64,000 bases of DNA from Eukaryota sp. GEM-RC1. Its lineage: Eukaryota. Each line of letters starts with the position of its first letter. Position 1 is the stretch's first letter. The stretch lies in contig JAUFOQ010000013.1 in assembly GCA_040285855.1 (NCBI GenBank), forward strand, positions 1,674,001 through 1,738,000, in the 5' to 3' direction. Below, piece by piece: positions 1-11,992 of the stretch. Made by a program: the position numbers and the translations under genes. The notes under the pieces are model-generated. The model was not told the origin of the DNA. It was given only the letters and a program-made list of their open reading frames with translations, and did no database searches.

Positions 1-1
1 T

Positions 2-1147
2 CAATTAAATTTCCATATCTTCTTTTGGCGTGGAGCGCTCTCTCCACCTATACATGCGATCCAATTCCAATTAGTACTAGTTCCACTGTTAAAGGAACAA
101 ATCTTCAATGCGGGAGGTGGTAATCGACCTAATGTTGTTACAATTAATCAAGGTGAGGAAACGCCACTCTTTCTTAGTCTTTTTAATGGATTTTTTGTTG
201 TGAAGAAACGTGTGTCTGAGGAAACTTGCCTGTTTCAGTTACAATCGAATCCTGTGGTGACGTTGGCTTGCCAAGTTGATCCACGGCCCTTGTCATCAAA
301 CAATTGTTGGTTGTTGTATACTAAAGAAAACAGTTACCTATGGTTGGGCAGTGATTGCGGTTCTGATTACAAGGAAAGTTGTCGAACTTTGATTGATGAG
401 TTCTTTGATATTGGCGTTTTGATTGAAACTCAACGAGGTAGAGAGCCGTCGAAATTCCATGAATATTTTAAATCTTTGAGTGATACTGAAGTGAGCTATA
501 TTGAACGAACACAATTGCCGAAACTCTTTTCTTTACAGTATAATTCAGAATTCCATCCAAAGTTGGTACTTGAGGTCATTCTTTCCAAATCTGTTCTTGA
601 TTGTAGGAAAGTTGCTGCACTTGATTGTGGTAATGAGCTCTTTTTATGGATTGGTAAATACTCTGACAAGTATCTGGTTGATCTAGCACGAAGTTTTTTA
701 AATCTTTCGATAGTGTTGTCGGATCGAGACGAATCTTGTGAATTTATTGAAGTTGATCAAGATTCAGAACCTGATAATTTTAAATATGAATTTTTGGCTT
801 GGCATAATGAACATCGGTATTATCAAAATTTCAAATTTGATGATCCGTATCTGGAAAAATCTCAAATCATTAAAACTACAGAATTTCAGAATCAACGACT
901 GGCATTTGAAGAAATGGATCGCCAACGACGTCATAGAGCTTTATTATTTCACTTATTATTGAAATTTAGTTTTGAAAAGAATTATGCTTTTAATGTATTG
1001 GCTAAGTTTGCGAAGTTCATCAAGCTACAAGGGTCCTGCGAAAAATTTTCAGGGTGTTTATGTTCCTATGCGTGTATTTATAACAATTTAAAATCTAAGA
1101 AAAGTATTAAATTTGATGTTAGTCAAATTTTAGCCGCTGTTGAATAA
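2..1147 (+). CDS. Gelsolin/villin-family actin-binding protein, C-terminal part (5' end outside window)
   Basis: The frame is open from base 2. Gelsolin-repeat motifs: HIFFWRG...INQGEETPLFLSLFNG, YLWLGS...QRGREPSKF, LDCGNELFLWIGK...QDSEPDNF. Confidence 0.8.
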   Translation, partial: QLNFHIFFWRGALSPPIHAIQFQLVLVPLLKEQIFNAGGGNRPNVVTINQGEETPLFLSLFNGFFVVKKRVSEETCLFQLQSNPVVTLACQVDPRPLSSNNCWLLYTKENSYLWLGSDCGSDYKESCRTLIDEFFDIGVLIETQRGREPSKFHEYFKSLSDTEVSYIERTQLPKLFSLQYNSEFHPKLVLEVILSKSVLDCRKVAALDCGNELFLWIGKYSDKYLVDLARSFLNLSIVLSDRDESCEFIEVDQDSEPDNFKYEFLAWHNEHRYYQNFKFDDPYLEKSQIIKTTEFQNQRLAFEEMDRQRRHRALLFHLLLKFSFEKNYAFNVLAKFAKFIKLQGSCEKFSGCLCSYACIYNNLKSKKSIKFDVSQILAAVE

Positions 1148-1319
1148 ACTTTATAGCTGACGATTAGAAACTTATTGATATCACAGTCTAAGTGCTAGCG
1201 AAATTCAAGTTTTGCAACAATAGATTAATGCATATTAATTTAGAAAATGTAAGAAGTTAAATACAAATTTTCCACATCAATACCAGAACTGTCTGTGTAC
1301 AACTTGGAATAAATCGAAT

Positions 1320-1480
1320 TTAAATACTTAGGGATGCTTCTTTACAGCACAAACACAGTTCGATCAATCTATACGGATCCATTAAACAATCTGAAACGAG
1401 TAATCTGAACAATTTTGAATCTGCTGGACCAATATTACCAAAAGTTTCCCGAAATAATGTTTATTCGATCAACTAACACT
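1320..1480 (-). mobile_element. Non-LTR retrotransposon 3' fragment
   Basis: Resembles 54580-54720 (shared GCTGGACCAATATTACCAAAA and ATGCTTCT). Confidence 0.5.
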
Positions 1481-1493
1481 TAGGTATGAACTA

Positions 1494-2086
1494 CACTTCA
1501 GGAAACATTTAGTCTCACTGAGACTAATTCTGTACTCAAGATTTTAGTTAGTCATCCCAAAATTAGTCTCACCAAATCTCAGTGAGACTAATTTTGTACT
1601 GAGACTAATTCTGTACTGACATTGATTTTGCACAATTATTGAAGTGTTAAAACCGACTTCACTACTCACATTTGCTCACAAACACACAAATGATCGTCAT
1701 CATCTAGGCTCCAATCAATTAGTCACCCTCAACTTATGGTAGCACGCTTTTTTCTTGATGAACAATAGATTGAACATGGATTGGAACTCGTTAAAAAGAC
1801 TTTCGAATTGTGTCGGAAGTCAATGATACTGAAAACGTGTATTCCAGATCACAAAACAGAATAATATGAGATCTGGATTCTATTGTATACAATTTAAACG
1901 GACAGAGGTAATTCAGTCCAGCTGTTTGATGTTATTATTATATGTCTATGAACTGTAAAGAACAGTTTAATTCAAAAAAAAGTTGTTGTATTGAAAATTG
2001 CAGGACAAATATAGTCTCACTAGAGTACTTTTTTAAAATGAGTAAGACAAAATTAGTCTCAGTGAGACTAAATGTTTCCTGAAGCG
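1494..2086. mobile_element. Non-autonomous TIR element (MITE), Tc1/mariner-like TA target duplication
   Basis: Left end CACTTCAGGAAACATTTAGTCTCACTGAGACTAATT; right end AATTAGTCTCAGTGAGACTAAATGTTTCCTGAAGCG (~36-bp TIR, 1 mismatch). TA on both sides (1492-93, 2087-88). Subterminal AGTCTCA/TGAGACT palindromic motifs are repeated. Confidence 0.85.
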
Positions 2087-2924
2087 TAACTGCCTCTAAT
2101 TACATAAGACTTACATGCATGTGTTCTTTTACTTGAAGTGATAGCTGTAAATTCTTCTTAATGGGTGTATAGCGGTTTCAGTACATTGGTTGGTGTATTA
2201 CTAGGGAAATACAAGATATATGTACACAACTAAACAGGGAATTCAAACATCAAATACGTAATTAATCTTTGTAAGTTACAGTTACACATTTTTCACATTT
2301 TTGTAGCAATGTAACCTTTTCAGTATCGAATACAGTTGCATATCATTTAGCCCAAAAGTTTTCGTTTGGAAGCTAGTATGACAACCCCATGCTAAAGTTT
2401 CGTAACTTTCTAGTATAATCATTTTGTGTTGTTTTATAACCAATTTTTGAAATCTCTGAATTTAGAATTAAACCAAACGAATGTAAAAAATTCTTGACTT
2501 GAGTTTAGTGAATCGGCACATTTGCGAAATCATCAATTTTGAATTATTGATGTAACAACAAGACGTGGTTTTCCAGATAGATAAAATCTATGATGATTCT
2601 TTAGATTTTTATGTTCCATTGTATAGGTATAATTTAACTTCTTTCATTTTCTGAATTAGTATGTATCAATTTATTGTTGCAAATAAACTCTTAGACAGAT
2701 CTTCAAAATTAAACACAATTTTTCTAAAATCTCGAAATATATATCTTCAAAAAGACAACACATAAAGCGGACAAAAACTGAATCATATGAATAAAACTGA
2801 CGTTCTTTCGTATTTGAATGATTATAAACATTGATGAAACCAGAAGGATTAAGACAATTTATTGCCACCAAGAATAATAACAGACCCAAATATTGTCAAA
2901 AATGTACAACAATAATAAATAATA

Positions 2925-3305
2925 ACGATTAGGTTGGAGCATGGAACGCAAATGTTCCGTACCGCGGCGATTTTAGGCGTACCGTACCGTACGTACGTAC
3001 AGAACATGTGCCGGTACTGTACTTTTGACCAACTAACATAGATTATTACTTTTTTGAACATGATGATCCAATGTGAGATTTTAACAGTGACAATTGTCAT
3101 ACATTCTACCGTTAAACAGATCTCATGATATCAAGATCTCGATTGTCCCACTTATTCAAATTTAGCATTTATAAATACATTTAGGTCATTCGTAAACAGG
3201 GCTTTTTATAGAATCAAATGACATCGGTACGGATGAAAGAAATCGGTACCTACCGATCCGTACCGTACGTACCAAATATTAAATATTTACGATTGGGTTG
3301 GAGTG
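2925..3305. repeat. Clustered CCGTAC/GTACGG motifs bounded by an imperfect direct repeat; probable DNA-transposon end remnant
   Basis: CGTACCGTACCGTACGTACGTAC at ~2978 and CCGTACCGTACGTACC at ~3258. ACGATT(A/G)GGTTGGAG occurs at ~2925 and ~3289. Confidence 0.4.
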
Positions 3306-3349
3306 CTGCTTATGATTATTTAGTAACACACCAAAAAGCTTCATAATTA

Positions 3350-4549
3350 CTAATGAAAAAGAGTCAAATGTTGCAAAATTGATACTTCGTTAAAAATGCT
3401 TTCGGTTTTTAAAACTTTTTGATTGGTAACTGTTATTGCATTAAGCTCTAATACAATATCATCGTAACAAAGCTCACAAATAGCAGTACAGTGACTACAA
3501 TTTGAATATCTGTAATTAAAATATTTCAAATATTTCAAATTTGTCAAGCAATTGGGTGAAAAGCTACAAGACTCTAAGGTCAATGTTCGCAAATAAGGTA
3601 AATAATTAGAAATCCTAATGTTTTCAATTTTTATCGACCCCAGTACCAAATGCAGCAAAGTAGACGGCAAATTTTGAAATATTGAAAGATTATGCAGGTC
3701 GTGAAGCGGTGAATAACCAAAGAAATTTAAATGTGACGGAAATACAATAGATGTCGTCACATCAACATTATCAAGATAGAGAGAATCCAAATTGACGAAA
3801 ACATTAAAATTTAAAGATTGATCAAAACATTCGACTAAATCTAGACGAAGATATTTCAATTTTAATTGATTAGTGCTCTGAAGCAAAAGTTCTGGAATAT
3901 ATAAGGTATTCAAACATGTTACATCATTTAAATTTGCACCAGAAAGTACCAAACCAATATCACTGTCATATGACGAAAGTCGAAGACCACACATTTTCAA
4001 TTTTGACAAACAATTTCGATATCGATTCAACAAAGCATTGTCGATGTCTACAAATGAAATGTCCAAAAATCTTGTATTTGCGACATTATCAAGTAGAAAA
4101 AGGACTTCGTCATGATTACTATATTTGGAAACTTTAATATTCAAATATTCATTAGATGGGATGTTCGAAACAGGAAAGTCTGTGATCGTCATAGTAATTG
4201 ATTGTGAAACAAGTGCAGCTGGAACATTATTGAAATAACAAAAATAGATCTTGGCATGAGGAATATCTTGAAAGAAAGAGATTTGAATGGAAGAAAAGCA
4301 ACACGGTGGAAAGTCTAAAATGAAAAGTGACACTTGGCTGAATACAGAGCTTGATAGAGAAACAAGATGGACAAAGAAATCTAAGACCGAAACTGAAGTA
4401 ATGATGACTGTGTCTTTATGAGAGAGAGCTCGAATAACAGCAGCAAAGAAAGCATCGGAAACGTAGAGAAACTTGAATAGAGACGCAGCAGAGGAGTGTG
4501 AGAAGACGAGAGATTGTAAAGCTTGCGTGAGATGAATGATGCGTGGCAT
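3350..4549 (-). CDS. Hypothetical protein with irregular leucine-rich repeats
   Basis: ~400-codon ORF with LxxLxL patterns (LKYLRLDL, NLDSLYLDN, YLRTLTLESC, NLKYLKYF). Start taken at the ATG of MPRIIH. Confidence 0.55.
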   Translation of the reverse strand: MPRIIHLTQALQSLVFSHSSAASLFKFLYVSDAFFAAVIRALSHKDTVIITSVSVLDFFVHLVSLSSSVFSQVSLFILDFPPCCFSSIQISFFQDIPHAKIYFCYFNNVPAALVSQSITMTITDFPVSNIPSNEYLNIKVSKYSNHDEVLFLLDNVANTRFLDISFVDIDNALLNRYRNCLSKLKMCGLRLSSYDSDIGLVLSGANLNDVTCLNTLYIPELLLQSTNQLKLKYLRLDLVECFDQSLNFNVFVNLDSLYLDNVDVTTSIVFPSHLNFFGYSPLHDLHNLSIFQNLPSTLLHLVLGSIKIENIRISNYLPYLRTLTLESCSFSPNCLTNLKYLKYFNYRYSNCSHCTAICELCYDDIVLELNAITVTNQKVLKTESIFNEVSILQHLTLFH

Positions 4550-5867
4550 AAAGAAAGATTGCCCCTGGACATGTTTTGGTGACTTCCAAAACATCCAATA
4601 AAAGAGGAAATATATACGTTTATATATTTGACTTCCACCAAAACCAATTGCCAAAGATATTGTGAATTTCTTTTCGGGTGCTTAACACCATTTTCGCTCC
4701 AGACTCCTAAAACGTTGTTCACTGTCATTCTTTCTCCTCCTGTGTCATCTGTTTCGATCTTGTTATGCCTTACGGTAACCTTCCTCAACCTCCTAGTGCA
4801 ATTGTTGTCATGGAAAACTCGATTGGTTTGATTTGAATTCTTTGAGGTATCATACTTCTTTATATACACTTGTTCGTGGATTTCCCTATACGGTTGCTGT
4901 GATTTCCTATCACAATAATAGACACTTCGACTCTCTGACCAGTTTCAGAAAGGTATCCGCCTCTTCTGATTCAATGTCAGCCAGATCCATAGACATAACA
5001 ACTTCCTCAACAGGCACTCGGCTACTCTGAGCGGAACTCATCACACATATCCTTCGTTCAGGTAGAAACGGTATCAACTCTTTTGGTTAACGAAAAGGAT
5101 GTTACATATAGTTGTTTGGATTGAGGGATTCTCTTCAATTTGTCTTATTTTTTGTAGTTGTTGAAAAACTGTCAGAACGTGTGAACATGAATACCCATTC
5201 TTTAAGGGATTAAGATGAACATGATAGGATCTATACATAATAAGAAGTTTTTCAAAAATACAGTGTATTAAAACGTTCTAATATTTGATCGAAAAAATAC
5301 ATAATGAGCTCATTATTAATAACACTCTAGACAAATTGATTAACATAGAATCAAAGCGAACATTTACTATACACAACGCTGTCAACTTGATGATTGAGCA
5401 AAGAACGAATTCTTAAGTTAAATCTTATGAGATTCAATCCAAAGGGACTTCTTCGTCTGGATGGATTAGTTGTTGAAGGAGAAGCGAAGTTTGGATAGAA
5501 TGTCTTCTCATTAGTAAGTGATTTCCTCATTGGAGAGCCCTAGGCAAAGACTTGAACATCACAAGGGGAAGCAGGGCTAAAGAAACTGTAAGGGAGATGC
5601 TGAGAAACAAGAAGTGGGATGACTAGCAGGAAGTGGTGGGTGTATGGAAGGAATCTAGAAGGGAAGTTGGCAATAGGATACCGAGAGCAAGTGATGTAGG
5701 ACTAAGAGAGTCAGAGCATTGCAGATACATAGGATGAGAAGACCTAGGATTAGCAAATGACAGTGTAAGACAAGGCTACAAATTATAAAGGTGTGACTAT
5801 AATAGGGGTGGGAAACTCAATATGATGAAAGGAAAGTGATTATGGTTGACCGGAAACTTCGACACTA

Positions 5868-6221
5868 TGGCACAACCACGTAAGTGTTTCACTCGGTCGT
5901 GTGCTCTGAACTCGCTGCTTATACCTTCAGCAGTTCACCAGATTCGGTCTGACATTCCTCATGTCACCGAAGTCTGCCATGAAGCTTCTTTGCTTCTTCA
6001 TTCTTTCCTTGTCACTTTCCCTATAGCGGCCAGAGCTATTGCGGAACAGGATGTCTGGTATCTCTTTATGACCGTCATCAACAAAAGTAGCTTTCCTGCT
6101 CCTCAAACTTCGAAAGGACAAAGGCTTTTGTTGAATGTTTTCTATGATGGTTTTCTTCCAGAGTCCCCTGCTTCTTTTGTTCCTCCTTTTACTTTGGAAC
6201 ACCAAAACTTTTTAATTTCTT
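5868..6221 (+). pseudogene. Probable Fanzor N-terminal fragment, truncated by the LRR-cassette flank
   Basis: MAQPRKCFTRSCALNSLL...IRSDIPHVTEVCHEASLLLHSFL resembles the recalled Fanzor1 N-terminal pattern (xKcxLxs...I...v..v..i..ea..ll). The ORF runs into TTGACTCCAATATTCAACAC, which also occurs at ~8706. Confidence 0.45.
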
Positions 6222-6485
6222 TTGACTCCAATATTCAACACAACAAAAGTACCAGTAAATAACGTGTGTTATTCACCAGGGTAGGACTTAAAATCTGCAC
6301 CTGAACAACTGCTAAACTACTATGATATTTGACCCTTTCACGGAGTTTTGTTTGGGATAATGGTTGTTCTGAGCTAAATGATTTTTCAAGTGTGTATTAT
6401 ATTCACCGATTAATTATTGTACTTTTGATGGGAAATTAATTATGATCAATGACAAATGTGATTTTTTTATACAACGAAAACTTGT

Positions 6486-8238
6486 TTAAAAATACATTCT
6501 ATTTTTGTGTAGTGATTTTAACGACTGTTGTGTTTGACTGTTGATTGAGTTGTTATTAAGATAAATCGTAGAAACTGAAGAATTTACCTTCAAAGCTTCA
6601 GCAATTGTAATAGCTCCTTCAAGACCAATTGAGTTGGTCCATAGATAAATCTCAGAAACTGAAGAATTCACCTTCAAAGCTTCAGCAATTGTAATAGCTC
6701 CTTCAAGACCAATTGAGTTGTTATCTAGATCGATCCTAGAAACTGAAGAATTCACCTTCAAAGCTTCAGCAATTATAATAGCTCCTTCAGGACCAATTGA
6801 GTTGAAACCTAGACCAATCGTAGAAACTGCAGAATTCACCTTCAAAGCTTCAGCAATTGCAATAGCTCCTTCAGGACCAATTGAGTTGTGCCTTAGATCG
6901 ATGTAAGAAACTGAAGAATTCACCTTCAAAGCTTCAGCAATTGCAATAGCCCCTTCATTACCAATTGAGTTGTAACCTAGATAAATCTCAGAAACTGAAG
7001 AATTCACCTTCAAAGCTTCAGCAATTGCAATAGCCCCTTCATTACCAATTGAGTTGTAACCTAGATAAATCTCAGAAACTGAAGAATTCAACTTCAAAGC
7101 TTCAGCAATTGCAATAGCACCTTCAGGACCAATTGAGTTGTTATATAGATAAATCGTAGAAACTGAAGAATTCACCTTCAAAGCTTCAGCAATTGCAATA
7201 GCTCCTTCATTACCAATTGAGTTGTGCCTTAGATCGATCGTAGAAACTAAAGAATTCACCTTCAAAGCTTCAGCAATCGCAATAGCTCCTTCATTACCAA
7301 TTGAGTTTTCAGCTAGATAAATCTCAGAAACTGAAGAATTCACCTTCAAAGCTTCAGCAATTGCAATAGCTCCTTCATTACCAATTGAGTTGTTCCATAG
7401 ATAAATCTCAGAAACTGAAGAATTCACCTTCAAAGCTTCAGCAATTGCAATAGCTCCTTCATTACCAATTGAGTTGTTATCTAGATGGATCGTAGAAACT
7501 GAAGAATTCACCTTCAAAGCTTCAGCAATTGCAATAGCTCCTTCATTACCAATTGAGTTTTCAGCTAGATAAATCTCAGAAACTGAAGAATTCACCTTCA
7601 AAGCTTCAGCAATTGCAATAGCTCCTTCATTACCAATTGAGTTGTTCCATAGATAAATCTCAGAAACTGAAGAATTCACCTTCAAAGCTTCAGCAATTGC
7701 AATAGCTCCTTCATTACCAATTGAGTTGTTCCATAGATAAATCTCAGAAACTGAAGAATTCACCTTCAAAGCTTCAGCAATTGCAATAGCTCCTTCATTA
7801 CCAATTGAGTTGTTATCTAGATAAATCGCAGAAACTGAAGAATTCACCTTCAAAGCTTCAGCAATTGCAATAGCTCCTTCAAGACCAATTGAGTTGTTAT
7901 CTAGATCGATCCTAGAAACCTCATTTCTCACCATTTCATCATAACAATTCTTCAACTTCGAACTAAGCTCGTTCCAATCAATAACAAGCTCCTTCTCTTC
8001 AACTTGTTGTACAAGGCACACACTTTCAATAGACTTGATTGGCGAAGGAGTGTCATCTAGAAGCCTAGCAGAAGCAACATTGGACTCCGAAACAACAGAG
8101 AGAGAGGCCAAACGACGAGAAGCTTCGCAGTGGATAGAGCAAAGTTCTTCATTTAAAGAGGAGATGATAGCAGATTGGTTCTTAAGTAGGGTGGAGGTTG
8201 TGGTAATGAAGTTTTCGCCGATCTTTGGTTTAAAGATT
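6486..8238 (-). pseudogene. 5'-truncated TRIM-LRR paralog (part of coiled-coil/linker plus 17 LRR modules)
   Basis: The IFKPKIGENF...MVRNEV segment is nearly identical to the gene at 18165-20122. Homology stops at ~8238, so RING and B-boxes are absent. An internal ATG at 7934 could give an LRR-only product. Confidence 0.8.
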
Positions 8239-8969
8239 ACACCTCTTTTCAATCTCACCTGTTTCTGTACCTTATCAATAACGTGTTTTGTTTTTAAGAT
8301 ATTCTAGAGAAAAAATATCCAATACTGGGTCGATTAGTTAATTTTACATAAATTACTAAATTTCAGATGTACAAAAAGCGGTTTTGTGTGTTGACACAAA
8401 CACAAAAACTTTTGTTGACAACACCACTACAGTGTACATACATCTAATAATCGATATCCGCAAAGTCCAGATTGCCTATCCGGAAATTCTCCCCTACTTT
8501 GGATAGCCGAAATTGTAATTAACATGTCTATAAACTCTTTCTTCAGATATTAATTGTGCAATTCCTAAAACAATTCTGAACATTAGATTTAAAAAAGCAC
8601 AATCGCAATTTCAATAACATGTACTTGCCTATGTAGAAGCCGCAGAAATTAATTTAACATAACTAGGTCTTCGTAAATTTAACATCGTCATATGTGTTTC
8701 TGCTGTTGACTCCAATATTCAACACAACAAAAGTACCAGTAAATAACGTGTGTTATTCACCAGGGTACGACTTAAAATCTGCACCTGAACACCTGCTAAA
8801 CTACTATGATATTTGACCCTGTCACGGAGTTTTGTTTGGGATAATGGTTGTTCTGAGCTAAATGATTTTTCAAGTGTGTATTATATTCACCGATTAATTA
8901 TTGTACTTTTGATGGGAAATTAATTATGATCAATGACAAATGTGATTTTTTTATACAACGAAAACTTGT

Positions 8970-10418
8970 TTAAAAATACATTCTATTTTTGTGTAGTGAT
9001 TTTAACGACTGTTGTGTTTGACTGTTGATTGAGTTGTTATTAAGATAAATCGTAGAAACTGAAGAATTTACCTTCAAAGCTTCAGCAATTGCAATAGCTC
9101 CTTCAAGACCAATTGAGTTGGTCCATAGATAAATCTCAGAAACTGAAGAATTCACCTTCAAAGCTTCAGCAATTGTAATAGCTCCTTCAAGACCAATTGA
9201 GTTGTTATCTAGATCGATCCTAGAAACTGAAGAATTCACCTTCAAAGCTTCAGCAATTATAATAGCTCCTTCAGGACCAATTGAGTTGAAACCTAGACCA
9301 ATCGTAGAAACTGCAGAATTCACCTTCAAAGCTTCAGCAATTGCAATAGCTCCTTCAGGACCAATTGAGTTGTGCCTTAGATCGATGTAAGAAACTGAAG
9401 AATTCACCTTCAAAGCTTCAGCAATTGCAATAGCCCCTTCATTACCAATTGAGTTGTAACCTAGATAAATCTCAGAAACTGAAGAATTCACCTTCAAAGC
9501 TTCAGCAATTGCAATAGCACCTTCAGGACCAATTGAGTTGTTATATAGATAAATCGTAGAAACTGAAGAATTCACCTTCAAAGCTTCAGCAATTGCAATA
9601 GCTCCTTCATTACCAATTGAGTTGTGCCTTAGATCGATCGTAGAAACTAAAGAATTCACCTTCAAAGCTTCAGCAATTGCAATAGCTCCTTCAGGACCAA
9701 TTGAGTTGCCAGCTAGATGGATCGTGGAAACTGAAGAATTCACCTTCAAAGCTTCAGCAATCGCAATAGCTCCTTCATTACCAATTGAGTTTTCAGCTAG
9801 ATAAATCTCAGAAACTGAAGAATTCACCTTCAAAGCTTCAGCAATTGCAATAGCTCCTTCATTACCAATTGAGTTGTTTCCTAGATAAATCTCAGAAACT
9901 GAAGAATTCACCTTCAAAGCTTCAGCAATTGCAATAGCTCCTTCATTACCAATTGAGTTGTTATCTAGATGGATCGTAGAAACTGAAGAATTCACCTTCA
10001 AAGCTTCAGCAATTGCAATAGCTCCTTCATTACCAATTGAGTTGTTATCTAGATGGATCGTAGAAACTGAAGAATTCACCTTCAAAGCTTCAGCAATTGC
10101 AATAGCTCCTTCATTACCAATTGAGTTTTCAGCTAGATAAATCTCAGAAACTGAAGAATTCACCTTCAAAGCTTCAGCAATTGCAATAGCTCCTTCATTA
10201 CCAATTGAGTTGTTCCATAGATAAATCTCAGAAACTGAAGAATTCACCTTCAAAGCTTCAGCAATTGCAATAGCTCCTTCATTACCAATTGAGTTGTTAT
10301 CTAGATAAATCGCAGAAACTGAAGAATTCACCTTCAAAGCTTCAGCAATTGCAATAGCACCTTCAGGACCAATTGAGTTGTTATATAGATTGATCGTAGA
10401 AACCTCATTTCTCACCAT
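8970..10418 (-). CDS. LRR-only cassette, RI/NLRC3-like 28-aa repeats, 17 modules
   Basis: Intact ORF MVRNEV + 17x28 aa, ending KNRMYF. Confidence 0.7.
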   Translation of the reverse strand: MVRNEVSTINLYNNSIGPEGAIAIAEALKVNSSVSAIYLDNNSIGNEGAIAIAEALKVNSSVSEIYLWNNSIGNEGAIAIAEALKVNSSVSEIYLAENSIGNEGAIAIAEALKVNSSVSTIHLDNNSIGNEGAIAIAEALKVNSSVSTIHLDNNSIGNEGAIAIAEALKVNSSVSEIYLGNNSIGNEGAIAIAEALKVNSSVSEIYLAENSIGNEGAIAIAEALKVNSSVSTIHLAGNSIGPEGAIAIAEALKVNSLVSTIDLRHNSIGNEGAIAIAEALKVNSSVSTIYLYNNSIGPEGAIAIAEALKVNSSVSEIYLGYNSIGNEGAIAIAEALKVNSSVSYIDLRHNSIGPEGAIAIAEALKVNSAVSTIGLGFNSIGPEGAIIIAEALKVNSSVSRIDLDNNSIGLEGAITIAEALKVNSSVSEIYLWTNSIGLEGAIAIAEALKVNSSVSTIYLNNNSINSQTQQSLKSLHKNRMYF

Positions 10419-10775
10419 TTCATCCTCAACAATTGTAATAATGAAACTGTATGTTGGTAATTCGATGGTAAATGTATACTATAAATTAACAATATTTCAG
10501 ATACTAATAAATCGCTGTTGTTGTTGAGAACAATAGCAAGAGCACCAGTAAATAACGTGTGTTATTCACGAGGGTACTTAAAATGTGTACCTGAACATCT
10601 GCTAAACTACTATGATATTTGACTCTGTAGCGGAGTTTTGTTTGGGATAATGTTTGTTCTGAGCAAAATGATTTTTCAAGTGTGCATTACATTCATCGTT
10701 TAATTATGGTGCTTTTGATGAGAAATTAATTATGATTAATGACAAATGTGATTTTTATAAACAATGAAAACTTGT

Positions 10776-11636
10776 TTAAAAAGACATTCTATTTTTGTGT
10801 AGTGATTTTAACGACTGTTGTGTTTGACTGTTGATTGAGTTGTTATCTAGATAAATCGTAGTAACTGAAGAATTCACCTTCAAAGCTTCAGCAATTGCAA
10901 TAGCTCCTTCACTACCAATTGAGTTGTTACCTAGAGAAATCTCAGAAACTGAAGAATTCACCTTCAAAGCTTCAGCAATTGCAATAGCTCCTTCACTACC
11001 AATTGAGTTGTTACCTAGAGAAATCGTAGAAACTGAAGAATTCACCTTCAAAGCTTCAGCAATTGCAATAGCTCCTTCACTACCAATTGAGTTGTTACCT
11101 AGAGAAATCGTAGAAACTGAAGAATTCACCTTCAAAGCTTCAGCAATTGTAATAGCTCCTTCATTACCAATTGAGTTGTTATCTAGATAAATCGTAGAAA
11201 CTGAAGAATTCACCTTCAAAGCTTCAGCAATTGCAATAGCTCCTTCAGGACCAATTGAGTTGTTATCTAGATAAATCGTAGTAACTGAAGAATTCACCTT
11301 CAAAGCTTCAGCAATTGCAATAGCTCCTTCAGGACCAATTGAGTTGTGCCTTAGATAAATCCTAGAAACTGAAGAATTCACCTTCAAAGCTTCAGCAATT
11401 GCAATAGCTCCTTCATTACCAATTGAGTTGTTATCTAGATGGATCGTAGAAACTGAAGAATTCACCTTCAAAGCTTCAGCAATTGCAATAGCTCCTTCAT
11501 TACCAATTGAGTTGTTATCTAGATGGATCGTAGAAACTGAAGAATTCACCTTCAAAGCTTCAGCAATTGCAATTGCTCCTTCAGGACCAATTGAGTTGTT
11601 ATATAGATTGATCGTAGAAACCTCATTTCTCACCAT
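10776..11636 (-). CDS. LRR-only cassette, 10 modules
   Basis: Intact ORF of 286 aa = 6 + 10x28, ending KNRMSF. Confidence 0.7.
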   Translation of the reverse strand: MVRNEVSTINLYNNSIGPEGAIAIAEALKVNSSVSTIHLDNNSIGNEGAIAIAEALKVNSSVSTIHLDNNSIGNEGAIAIAEALKVNSSVSRIYLRHNSIGPEGAIAIAEALKVNSSVTTIYLDNNSIGPEGAIAIAEALKVNSSVSTIYLDNNSIGNEGAITIAEALKVNSSVSTISLGNNSIGSEGAIAIAEALKVNSSVSTISLGNNSIGSEGAIAIAEALKVNSSVSEISLGNNSIGSEGAIAIAEALKVNSSVTTIYLDNNSINSQTQQSLKSLHKNRMSF

Positions 11637-11992
11637 TTCATCTCAACAATTGTAATAATGAAACTGTATGTTGGTAATTCGATGGTAAATGTATACTATA
11701 AATTAACAATATTTCAGATACTAATAAATCTCTGTTGTTGTTGAGAACAATAGCAAGAGCACCAGTAAATAACGTGTGTTATTCACGAGGGTACTTAAAA
11801 TGTGTACCTGAACATCTGCTAAACTACTATGATATTTGACTCTGTAGCGGAGTTTTGTTTGGGATAATGTTTGTTCTGAGCAAAATGATTTTTCAAGTGT
11901 GCATTACATTCATCGTTTAATTATGGTGCTTTTGATGAGAAATTAATTATGATTAATGACAAATGTGATTTTTATAAACAATGAAAACTTGT

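Noticed and set aside
5530..5850. Purine-rich stretch upstream of the putative Fanzor N-terminus, considered as an element left end
   Set aside because: No TIR matching the 32920-33217 region and no convincing ORF on either strand.
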